NCBI GenBank assembly: GCA_964035545.1
Contig: OZ037767.1
Span: 30,892,628 to 30,956,627 of the forward strand
From: Bugula neritina
Taxonomy: Eukaryota > Animalia > Bryozoa
Reading direction: 5' to 3'
Length of the DNA stretch: 64,000 bases
In this document: positions 48,356-59,682 of the stretch, one piece after another
How the letters are laid out: each line of letters begins with the position of its first letter
Position numbering within the stretch: the first letter of the stretch is position 1
The notes under the pieces: model-generated
What the model saw: the letters and a program-made list of their open reading frames with translations, nothing else
Told to the model about the DNA's origin: nothing
Database searches by the model: none
Position numbers and translations under genes: made by a program

Positions 48356-51305
48356 ATGTCGAAGTCTGTCACAGCCGGTTCTTGTTGTACTGGAGTACTG
48401 ATTGTTGGGTCACTACTCTCTTATATCCTGTGTGTTGCTCTTAATGCTGCACTAAACATTCCCGGCATCAGTGAGTGTACTACAACTGTATTATGCAATA
48501 TATTATATGTAACTTGATAGTCATTTTTCGATGATTAGTTGCAATTTTTTTCGTTAATAATAATTACTTAGAATCTATACACAACATTATGTTTATATAA
48601 CCTTTTTGTAGTCTGTCTACAACTTGTGTTGGTCATCTCAAAATAGTTTTATAGTGCAATATTGGCTTACCATTTTATATCTACAGGATATATTTAGTAG
48701 ATATACAGTATACCATTTGTAATGTATAATAATATATTATCTATTTCGTGGGTATACTCATATTATATATACAGAAGATATACCATGCTGATTTTAATTG
48801 TTGATGAAATGTAATTTGTTCTGCTATATTATGTCAATGTAAACACAGATTAGTATTTAAACTAATGTTATAGTAATTTACACAACACAAACTATTTCTA
48901 CTATATAGTCCTTAAGTTTTTACAGTCCGTTATTCAATTTCCTATTTACACAATTTTAGGTCCGTTCAACACGACTATTGGAAACCTAAGTCACAAGTAC
49001 AGCACTGGGATCACACCTTCTGATGCTACATTCGGAATATGGGGTAAGGTTTCCGTTCTCCTCTACTTCCTCTTTGCCATGCCGGTTAACCAATCAGCTG
49101 CTCATTCTATCAGTTCATTATTTTATGCTGCCAAAGATCAAAGTTACTTACGTAATGTGTGAACAGAATAGACAAGTTTAGCTATAGCTACTAGAAGCTG
49201 GGGTGTTTGTATTAGTAAATACTAGAAGCTAATTATTCCTGTTGCTTTTGGTCAAGTAAAGGGAGGCAATTACTAAGTGTTTATTTATAAAACGTGTAAA
49301 GATTTCAGTTATTGGTGCTATAGCACTTAAAATGTGCTATTTTTTGGTACTATAGCGCTCAATGTGTGCTATTTGTATGCTGTATAATGTTTGCATAGTA
49401 TTATGAGGCGTGAACTTGTACCTACAGGGTTGATATACTTCTGGCAACTGGCACTAGTAGTGTATGTTAGCACTCTCTTGTGTAGAAAGTCTGGAAACAA
49501 ACCGCTCTACATCTCTCCTGGATTCATCCCCGCCTCGTTTCTACTCTCCTACATTGTGAACTTGCTGGGTTAGTTGTATAACTGGATTATCATATCTAAT
49601 GTAATCTTGATAATTTGTCTGCTGGCCCATAAACACTGATTAGGCACTGCTTATATAACTGAAAGATTAGCGCAGAGTAGTTCAGCTGTAGGCTTGTTAT
49701 ATACAGAAGTGAATCATGACCTTACATAAAGTCTGTCATATTGCTAGGTCATGTGATTACCAGGTCATGTGACACGCTACTAGACAGATAATTTGACCTC
49801 TAGTTTACCAAAGCTTATCACTAATTGTTATTGTTGCTAATCTCAGTGACACACTCAGTGTGTTGTGCAACACTCGGTTGTCATGGTGATATTCTACTAT
49901 TTCTAGGTAACCCGGCCTGGATATATGTGTTCCTGTTGGAGGACAACCTCAAGGCTCTGGGACTGCTCCTCCTCGGAGTTGTCACCCTTGTCATCTGTCT
50001 GATGAGTTCCTGCAGTCAGCTGGAGCAGAGTGGTGCTGAGATGGAGATGAAGGGGCTTCTGGGAGACATCTGGTGCACTCGGATCATCGTGCAGAACGGT
50101 AATACTCTCGGCAGACTGAATTTATAATACTGTAATGTGTAATAGTGTATAATAATAATAATATACTGTATAATACTGTATAGTATATGTATAATACTGT
50201 ACACTGTATAATACTGTATAGTATACTGTATAATACTGTATAGTGTACTGTATAATACTGTATAGTATACTGTATAATACTGTATAGTATACTGTATAAT
50301 ACTGTATAGTACACTGTATAATACTGTATAGCATACTGTATAATACTGTATAGTATACTATATAACACTGTACTGCAGGCATTGCACTGTATTATAATAC
50401 TATATAACACTGTACTGTAGGTATTGCGCTGTATTATAACACTATATAACACTGCACTGCAGGTATTGCACTGTATTATAATACTATATAACACTGTACT
50501 GCAGGTATTGCACTGTATTATAACACTATATAATACTGTACTGCAGGTATTGCACTGTATTATAATACTATATAACACTGCACTGCAGGTATTGCGCTGT
50601 ACTTAGCCTGGGTGAGCTGTGCCACGGCCATCAACACTGTAGTTGTCCTCACCTACATTCTCGAAGTCAGCATGAGCTCTGCCTGCTTTGGAGCTCTAGC
50701 TGTCATCAACGTCATCATCATTGGTTGGTTTGTTCTGGAGACATTCCTGTTCGACAGGCAGCTGAGGTGAGCGGCAGCTGTGACTCTACAGTGTCACTGA
50801 GGCAGCAGTCTTTAACTGGCCTTCAGTCTAGTTTTGGTTGTGACTTGAGCTTCGGAAATGAAATTGAAGATGTGTTTGGAATAATATGAAATACAATCAT
50901 AGAATGGAATGTTTGTGATGTGAAGATATGAACCACCAGTCCCATGCTAGTTTCAGCCTTCATTTGTTTATGCCATCTATATTTGTTATGTTATCTACCT
51001 GTAGGTACATATTTGTTATGTTATCTACCTGTAGGTTATTTGTATTTACCTGTAGGTACGTGTTTGCCCACTACATCTCTTACATCATTGCGTTTGTCGG
51101 CATCTACAAGGCGCAGTACGACCCCAGCATTCCCTACACCATCTATGAGGTCGTCCTATTGGCTATCGTCTCTGCTCTAGCCCTCGCTAAACTCATCATC
51201 ATGATAGTTCGGGCTGTCAAAGACCCCATCCACTATTCTAAACTTAGTGACGGCATCAGTTCAAAGGAAGTGCCATTTGTGAAAGTTATGCAAGTTCACT
51301 ATTAA
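48356..51305 (+). CDS. Uncharacterised multi-pass membrane protein, 6 exons, about 319 aa
   Basis: Exons 48356-48470, 48960-49043, 49428-49568, 49907-50098, 50589-50766, 51056-51305 (960 nt, phases consistent). About 7-8 hydrophobic segments. Motifs LSHKY.T.ITP..ATFGIWGLIY, N.AW..VF and QNGIALY.AWV..AT.IN match, from memory, a conserved uncharacterised TM family sometimes linked to TspO-like proteins. Confidence 0.82.
50121..50600. repeat. Compound minisatellite: about 22-bp units (tatactgtataatactgtatag), then 42-bp units containing the exon-5 acceptor
   Basis: YAG|G sites end at 50378, 50420, 50462, 50504, 50546 and 50588, exactly 42 bp apart. Confidence 0.93.
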
Positions 51306-51979
51306 TCTTTAAGCAAAGCACGAGTTGCTTGACCTTTATATAACCTTCCCCACCTCGATATAAGTGTACTAGCCACTTTCTTCTTTTTACAGGTGATGAT
51401 TACTATTACTATTACTATTACTAATACTAATACTCTAAATTATTATTAGAGTATTTTCATTGACAGTAAAGATATTGCTCTCTTACATGTTCTAGAATTT
51501 CTGCTCTGTCCACTCTTTTCTATGGCTATTTTTTGTCAAAATTAAAAACTGCATCACAAAGCTGTTACATAATTTGTATTTTTGTCATATATTTTTACAA
51601 TCTGAATCATTTTTATTTTTATATGTCCGACCTAGAATAGAGATCTTTGTTCATTTGACCCATATTGTCACTGTGACCTTTGGTTTCCATGTTCAATACA
51701 GATATGATACAGTTGCTACCTCCATGATTCCACTTGTCAAGCACTTGCTGTTACAGTTCTATGTAATGACATGTAACTGTCAACCATGTCAACTACAGCT
51801 TTGGCTATAGTTACATCAGTGTAAACGTGATGATAGGCAATGTTAGTCTGTTTACCCAATCATCTACTGGTATAAGCTTATAGGGTATATTGTTGATATA
51901 AAATGCACTCTAGAAACATCGAAAAATCTACATTTGACATGTAATGTTTGGTTATGTCATTTTGGTGACTGAAGACATA

Positions 51980-52847
51980 ACCACGGCTTTCCATGGATCG
52001 ATCTCGCTGAGATCGATCTGAGAAATGTGCTCAGATTGATCGTTTTTCCATGCGAGTGTCAGATCGATCTCACGGAGTTACCTCCTCTTGAGTGAAAAAT
52101 ACTTTAATAGTATAATTTGCTGACCCATCTAACTGATTAAGGCTACTGCTGTCAAAAAACAAGATTGTTGCAGTCTAAAAATTAACACCAGCTATAAACT
52201 ATACGCAGCAAATCTTTTAGCGTGGAGTAAATTGACCAATTTATGATAATCAATTTTATTTTTTAGCTTGACAGCTTATATAAAATTAATAGCTGTGTTG
52301 CAGATTATTCATAAACTTACAGGATTGTTAGGCTTGAAATTACGCAGCAAATAGCTAATGAAATTAAGTTTTACTAGCCATTTAAATTCAATTTAAATGC
52401 TTCCATTTTTTGTACCTTCTACCGCCTATAATTTTATATAATTGAGTTTTCTTAATCATAGTACTGAAAGTCAAAGTTTTGGCATCTGAAAATGTGGCTA
52501 TTGTAATTATTAGGTAATTGCTTAGTAATTAACAATAAATTATCATTTTTATTAACGGACGACATTTTAGCGAACAGTCTTTTTCTACTTTTCAGATGCT
52601 ACACATTGTTATACAATCAAGAAAAGATAATTCCTTTCTTTAATGCTTTCAAATACTAACAAACATTAGAATCTTTTGCAGAGCATTGAACAACTAATCA
52701 CTGTACGCATAAACATCTATATATCTGGACACTTGCAACTGACAAAACAGAAACTAATGAATGTTCAAAATTTTGCCCTCGGCTTCTAAAATTATTTTAC
52801 CTGCATGTTTATGTGTAAATAACCTGCTTCTAGATGGTAACCATGGT
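51980..52847. mobile_element. Possible degraded non-autonomous DNA transposon
   Basis: Imperfect termini ACCACGGCTTTCCAT and ATGGTAACCATGGT flanked by TA; GATCGATC subterminal repeats at the left end only. Confidence 0.3.
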
Positions 52848-54109
52848 TATGTTTCAGCAAATGTCATTTTCATAGATGCAATGCTAAAACAACATAATGT
52901 ATAACATTTATATAAATTTGTCACATATATGCAGAGTTCATCAATAAAACCTGTTTGCTTAAAATAGGTGTATTAAGATTATAAATGTTGTTAGCTAGGA
53001 ATTCAAATTTTGTCTAAACTATAATATGTGTAGTATATTTTTACATGCACGGCATAGTGTATCTTAACACATGTAATCATATTCCAACAACTGAAGTCAA
53101 AAACAACTGGAATGGTTTTATTACTTATTGATAATTATATACAGAATTATGCCATGATAAAAGAAGTATTTTTAATATGAAATGCAGTCCATACATCTAC
53201 CATTTACTTCATATATTTGTATGTAAGTTCCTACTAATAATATATAGCGGTTTCATCACACACTCACAAATATAGTATGTTTATATTTAATTAATAGGTA
53301 AAATGCACGTATTAGTAGTAAACAGCTGCTCACACCCAATAGTGTTTTGTCTAATACAACAGGTGTGTTACATTGTGGCTGGTTGTGGGAACCTCCCAGC
53401 CTATTGTAGCTGGTTACATGGACCTCCAAGTCTAATAGTTATCATTTTCCCAGAGCTCGCCCAGTTCTAGTTTCTAACCCTTTGCAGAGAATAGGTGGAG
53501 CCTTTGCTGTACAGAAATTACTTTCTAAAGCAGTTGTTGAGCAAGTTAATTATGTTTTTATTTATCACCAGGAGTCAATTTTAGGCTGGGTTAATTTTTG
53601 AAAATAGTTTCAGATAATTCATTCTCAGTGTGCATGATTTTAGCATATTATTTCAACGGGCCATTAAAATAATATCTTCTTACATGAATTTAATGTATAA
53701 TGACTGTGCACAATGAGGTCTCTATCATGTAATTGTCACAATTGTCATTATTATGATAATTATTAGATATAAAGCTATTAATGATCACAATACCAAATAA
53801 AAAGTTTTGCTCATTATTACTCAAGTATCAAATAATTTAAACAGTATTTTAAACTAAATCAAACCATGAATTTGAACACATCATAATTATTTTTAAAATT
53901 GATAACAACAATTGCAACATAATGTAATTATTAAATTAAAAAACAACAGCTGTCAACTGGTTATAATCAACATGGACATTAACTGACTTTTTCACAAGTG
54001 TTATACAATTTTACTGCTTTTAGCACAACAGACCAGCTATTTGAAGTGTCAGAACTTGTCTTCTTCAGCGTACCAGCGCTATTGGTGGTTACTTGGTATT
54101 ACTTCAGAC

Positions 54110-54709
54110 TCAATGTAAAGAAAATCCATTTTCGTCTCGATGAAGAGCGGAGTATTGCCGAGTTGGGTTAGAGACTTCTTCGGCGCCTGGAACCTCATAC
54201 GTCTGTTGGGGCTCTCCCGGATGAACTGAAGTCAAGGTTTGCTCAGGATCTTGATAGGTACCGCCATATATGTCATTACCGGCTGCAAATGTTGTCATTG
54301 GTGCAGTTGTCCTTCCCTGTAAGGCTGGATCTTGATAAGTATCACTGTAGATACCATTGTTGACCCGAGACGTAGCTAGCGTGTTGCGTGCGTTCAGTGA
54401 AGGGTCTTGATACATAGCGTAGGTGTTGTTGGAAGACTGAGTGAGGCTGGCTGACCTAGTTATTTGACCTACTTTCTGGGTGTTTTCAGGGTCTTCATAC
54501 TCGTCACTTCCCCAGTCCGCTGGAGGTTTAGAAGATATCATAGTAGTTTTCTGAAAGGAATGCATAGCTGGTGGCATCGGTTTCAATGTTTTGCCATTGA
54601 TTTCGTAGTCGACATGAGAAATGGCTTCGTAGATCTCGCCGTCGGCACCAGGACTGTACTCAGTTTCTTCTGTTGGTAACTTCACTTGGGCTCTTGGAGG
54701 TGGCAAAGT
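54110..54709 (-). CDS. Terminal exon encoding a disordered tail with many tyrosine motifs (docking/adaptor or receptor tail); upstream exons not identified in the window
   Basis: Acceptor ctcttaacag at 54710, then a phase-0 frame of 199 codons plus stop. Contains YEAI, YEDP, YQDP x3, YEVP and YSAL. Confidence 0.75.
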   Translation of the reverse strand, partial: TLPPPRAQVKLPTEETEYSPGADGEIYEAISHVDYEINGKTLKPMPPAMHSFQKTTMISSKPPADWGSDEYEDPENTQKVGQITRSASLTQSSNNTYAMYQDPSLNARNTLATSRVNNGIYSDTYQDPALQGRTTAPMTTFAAGNDIYGGTYQDPEQTLTSVHPGEPQQTYEVPGAEEVSNPTRQYSALHRDENGFSLH

Positions 54710-55194
54710 CTGTTAAGAGAAAGTTGTGATTGGATCTTAGAAACGTGTTTGAAAGGAAGCTTTAACCAAGTGTCCAATTACATCATTTATAATACTCGAT
54801 AGAACTACAGTTTGAAGTCTCTTCTTATACAATATTGAAAACTTTAAACATAGAATGTCATAGAGATATCTAAATAAACCAAGAATTTAAATGAAGCTAG
54901 GTTTTATAAAACAGAACAAACAGTAGGAGCATTAATTATATAAAAAGCTACAGTGTTAAAGTCATTGCCTAGAAGTTACGGCAAGCATAGCAATGATTCA
55001 TGGCTGTAATCATACCACACCCTACGTAACGCTCAGGACAAATGCAGCCATATCTGTTCACAGACAAGTCAACCTAAATTCTGCACACTCTATACACCAC
55101 CATTAGTTCAAAGTACATTTAATAAAATAATTAATTCATACAGAGAATTAAAAATTATTCATGTTAATATACTTAAAAGAAATACAAGAACTGG

Positions 55195-57158
55195 GTAGTG
55201 ACTACACTGGGTAGTGACTACACTGGGCAGTAACTACAAATAAACTGTAAGGATAAATACAATAACTGAGGGGGAGTATTGTCTACTGACTTGAACCTCT
55301 TTCAGCTGAGCTCTTCTCAACTCGAGGTGGAGAACTGAGTTCAGAGTTGGGAACTGCTTGAGTCTGCAACTCAAACAGCATGTCGTCTTCACTCCCGCTG
55401 TCTGCTGCTACAGCAGACGTACACGGATCTGTAAGATAACGGAGGAGAGGATGAAAGCTGTACTCAGTCAGTAGTCAGTTAGTATCCAGTCAGTAGTTAG
55501 TTAGTACTGTGTTGGTACCCAGTTAGCACTCATTCAATACTCAGTCAGTACTACGACATTACCCAGTTAGTGATTAGTGGCTGGTATAATTGAAGCTAGA
55601 CGAAGAAAAGTCAACATTGCCTGTGATCCTGACGTGCAAACTTCAACAAACCTTCATAACTCATAACCTGAGTCTCTGCAGCAAACAGATCTTGCGAGTC
55701 CAACGCTTCACTTTCTAATAAACAAATAATGACATCTAAGAGAAGTAGATAATTTTAATTATGCACTGAGAGATCACTAAGATTGAATTTTAAACAGAAA
55801 TATAATTGAAGCAGAAGCTTCATGCTTGATTCAAATATTTTTCAATAGAAACAGCATTTACTATTACTACTTTATTATAAAACTATGTGCTTTTAAACAA
55901 TAATAGTATTTTCAGTGGCTAAATATATCTATATAAATGTGCAGAGTAGATTTGATAGTCAAGACCTCTAAGTGTTGAACTAATTTAACTACAGTAGAAG
56001 GTGAAGTTGTTTGTGTAAATTTTACCATTTATTTTGGCAGTTGCTTCCCCCTGATTAGACAAGAGATTAGAATTGAAGCACAAGGCTTCGTCATCAGAGT
56101 CAGATTCCAGGTAAAGGCTTACAGCAAAAGCCTCTCCTTTCCACTAGAGTAAACAGACATACCTATTATAAACTATGCACAGCAGTTAATATTATATTAT
56201 ATTATATTATATTATATTATACACATATTTTAAAATTATTAAAATAAACAACAAATATCTGCAAATCAATATTACCAAAAAACAATAAAATTCCAAAATT
56301 TTAAGCTATTAACCTCTTTACAATCAAATTATTGTCAATATTCTTAACAGTTGATAGAATGTAAATAACAATGATCTAAAAAAAATTACAAATAGAATTA
56401 AGAAAATAATAGCTGCATGCCAAGTATTTACTGAAATACTAAGGCTCAAACTGACGCTAGCAGTAAAACTAGAAGACAGCAACTTACTGCAAGTCCAACA
56501 ATGACAGTGATACACTAAGTCCAACACTAACAGTAACAACAATCCTAAGAGTAAGTCTTAGAGTTAGAGTGAGCCTAAGTAATAAAGTTGTAGGTCTAAG
56601 CAGATATTCTTGAGACTCATAAGCTAAGGGTCTTACAGTTTGTGTTAGACTTAGTGACTGTTAGTGTGAGTCAGTCTATCTAAAACTCTCTTACAGTAAT
56701 ACTTAGACTCATAGTGAATGTTAGCCACATTTATTCAGATACTGATAGTGAATACTCATAGCCGTACTCAATCACAATGTTAATGTACTCGCAACAGACA
56801 CACTTATACTTATGGTTAGTGAGTTACAGTCACAGTATGAGTAGCTGACTAACAGTAACTGTAAGACTAAGAATAAGAGTAAGAGTAAGTGTAACACTAA
56901 CAGACTAACACCCACAGTATGAGTAACTCATAGTGATTGTCACAGTGATACTGGTAGAATTATTTTCAAACTTTCACTTTGCCTATTCGGATTCCTATGA
57001 GCATGACATTGATTGAGATTCATATTGGTTGATATTACTATTAGTATTACCATTACTATTAGTATTACTCCAACACATTCGTACCGGCACTAGTCTAGAT
57101 CAAATTCCAACAGCTAACAGCAACACCACAAAATATCAACTTGCAATCGTTTGTCAGC
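55195..57158 (-). pseudogene. Duplicated 5' part of the MDC1-like gene (exons 2-4 and intron 1 with an empty LTR site)
   Basis: Aligns to about 40462-41841 plus 46318-46968. Exons 56143-56026, 55714-55652 and 55428-55291 keep their sizes (118/63/138) and splice sites. The putative ATG is CTG (56110-56108). Downstream exons are absent. Confidence 0.85.
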
Positions 57159-57281
57159 AGAGAACATAACTTAATACTGGAACACTCAAATGGTATCTAC
57201 TAATATTATTACTGTAACTGTAATAATATAGTAACTTGTGGGTTATTTATGAAACAGATGAAGCAATCTGCATGCCTTATT

Positions 57282-57951
57282 CTCCCTCCCTCCCTCCCTC
57301 TCTTTGCTATCCCTCTAAGTAGAGTATGATGTCTGCCTACAGCTGTTTGTGAGTAGCTTGATGACTTCTGAGTCCTATCAGTGATCTGCATATGCGGTCA
57401 CAGTGGAAGCATTTGAGGTCATCACTCGGTGTGTCTGTTGAGCTAAGCCTTCTTGCGGCCAGCTCTAAGTTCGTCTCTGTGTCGCAATTTTTCTTCTTCA
57501 AAGATTTGCATGCCTTTATGAACCATAGATCTCCATCTGGTCCTCCTTGCGGCATTCCATTCCCAGGTCTCTGTTCTGATGTGAGAGCACTTCATACTGT
57601 CTTTGAGACAGTCTTTAAAGCGCTTCCTCTGTCCTCCTTGCAATCTTTTACCTATTTGTAGCTCCCCATAAAGGATCTGTTTAGGAAGTCTGTGTCCTTT
57701 CATTCCCACTACATGTCCCGACCAACGAAGTCTGTTCTTGATGATGAGGCTCTCAAGGCTTGGAATCTTTGTTTGTTGGTATACGCTGTTATTAGTGCGC
57801 TTGTCAGTCCATTTGATGTCCAATATTCCTCGCAATTTTCTCATGTGATAATTTTCTAGCTTCTTTATGTCAGTACTGTAGGTAGCCCATGTCTCAGATG
57901 CATACAGAAGTGTTGGTATGATGACAGCCTTGTACACTTTCAGCTTATGCT
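57282..57951 (-). mobile_element. 5'-truncated RTE-like LINE fragment
   Basis: C-terminal part of the RT ORF (VYKAVIIPTLLYASETW...RLRWSGHV...RLPKQILYGEL) with a frameshifted zinc finger (CFHCDRICRSLIGLRSHQATH); (GAGG)n tail; 11-bp TSD CATGCCTTATT at 57271-57281 and 57952-57962. Confidence 0.9.
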
Positions 57952-58444
57952 CATGCCTTATTACTATGATGATAATAAAAGTCTTCTTGAAGTTCAGATA
58001 AAAGGTTTATTTATTTCTTCTAGATGTGCATCGGTCGAGCTCCAGTGTTAGACTGACTTAGCACTGGAAACTCGCCCACTTATATACCAACAAATTTTCC
58101 CGCTGCCGAAACCATCCGATGTTCGGCCGAAGTTCGGAGTTCCGGTTGCCGAAACTGTCCGATATCGGACAGAATTGCGCTTCCGGACTCCGATTTCGGC
58201 CGAACATTGGCTCACACAAATTATTAAGATTAGCACAAAAAATGGCGGGAGAATACAACTCGTAAAAAATACAATAATACTAAGTAAGGATATTAGTTTA
58301 TATAGCTCACAATTTTACCACACTCACCCTCCCCATCGGAAAGCATGCCTTTCCGATAAGAAAATTAAAAAAATTCTGCATTCTGGGGGAAAAAGAAAAA
58401 AACAAGAGTATTATCACAAAAAACAAGAATTATAAAATATACAA

Positions 58445-59682
58445 TTAGCACAATTTGAATCTGATTATCAGCAAGTAGTTAGTATGAGAACAAGGTTTAG
58501 CAACGGCGTCCGCTCCTGGGGCGCTCAGGTGGTCCACCTGCCGCCTGAGTGTACTTAGCTCTTCCTCGATCCGCTGCATGTGGCGGCGAAAATGGCGTCT
58601 TCGTGCGGACAACATGTCTGGGTAACAGGAGGGGGGCTGGTGGTCTGGTTCCCTGTGTCCGTCTCCTCTTCTGTCTGGCGGCCTGGGGAGGCTGGTTCTT
58701 CGCCTTGGCACCCTTGCTTCCGTCAACCCGGGCCAGCACGACCCGCAGGGGCTGGGTGGCTGCTGGCTGGGCTCCTTGTCCGCACTGCCCCGTAGGGGCC
58801 TGCATGATGAGAACCCCAGGGTGAGTGATGCCCGTTTGTGGGGGTCTCTAACGTGAGGTAAAATGAGGTCCCGAAACTCGGGGAAACTCTCCTCGTCTAC
58901 CACAAACGTCTGGCCTGTGTGGCAGCGGACTATGCGCTGGTGGCGCAGCACCATAGTCACGCTGGTACAAAAATTCGCCACACGGGCAGAAGACGTTCGT
59001 GTAATGTTGGGGGCATGCACCCGCAGTCGCTGAGTGGTAGAAAATCTCCAGCCCCCCACACTGGCGGCACCTGCGGTTGCCTGGCTCCTCACAGGTGTCC
59101 TCTATCATCCGCTGTGTCTCCGTCCAGTGCTGACGCTCGGTCAGCACCTGGGGCAGCGCCAACCTGTCGCCTAGCAGGTCTTCCCGGGCCGTGGTATCTC
59201 CTGTCTGCTCTTCATCCTGTTCCTCGTCTGCTGATAGGGGTACATTTACCAGTGCACGGCTGGTAGGGGGGTTGACTTGGTAGTGGAGAACCCTTAGGGC
59301 TGCTAGCAGCCGGACCCAGGTCTCTAGGGAATGGGGAGTCAGTTCAACTCGCCCCACCCTCTTCACAGTCCATGGTTTCTGAAATAGATAGTAGAGGCCG
59401 TGACTGGCTGATTCTACTAGTGCTGAAATTCGGCATTTGTTTATAAGGAGCCCTGCGACAGAGGGGTAGATCAGGTGTTACCTGGAGAGCCACCCGCCCA
59501 ACCCCCTGATCTAGCAAGTAGTCTTGGACTGGCGACTCTCCGAGATCCATCTGACATCCTCTGTCATCAAACAGTTCAGCTTCTAACTGATAGTCAGGTG
59601 AAAACGTATCGAATGAAGGACTAGACTCCGTGAGGGGAGGATCTAGTAGAAATAGAAATACCTGATCGTGTGTTATTTTCAT
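58445..59682 (-). pseudogene. Frameshifted accessory ORF downstream of integrase (two zinc-finger-like motifs and a C-terminal coiled coil)
   Basis: Joining ORFs 59344-59682, 58848-59366 and 58445-59092 gives RCRQCGGWRFSTTQRLRVHAPQH-YTNVFCPCGEFLYQRDYVLRHQRIVRCHTG...RHMQRIEEELSTLRRQVDHL. Confidence 0.6.

Noticed and set aside
54110-55428. In-frame MDC1-YxxP fusion protein
   Set aside because: The duplicate exon ends in phase 1 and the terminal exon starts in phase 0, so a direct splice is out of frame.
57231-57242. TGTGGG at 57237 as the outer end of the Gypsy 3' LTR, with the LINE inserted inside the LTR
   Set aside because: The flanks (GTAACT vs ATAACT) do not give an exact 4-5 bp TSD, and the matching part of the other LTR is deleted, so it cannot be verified.
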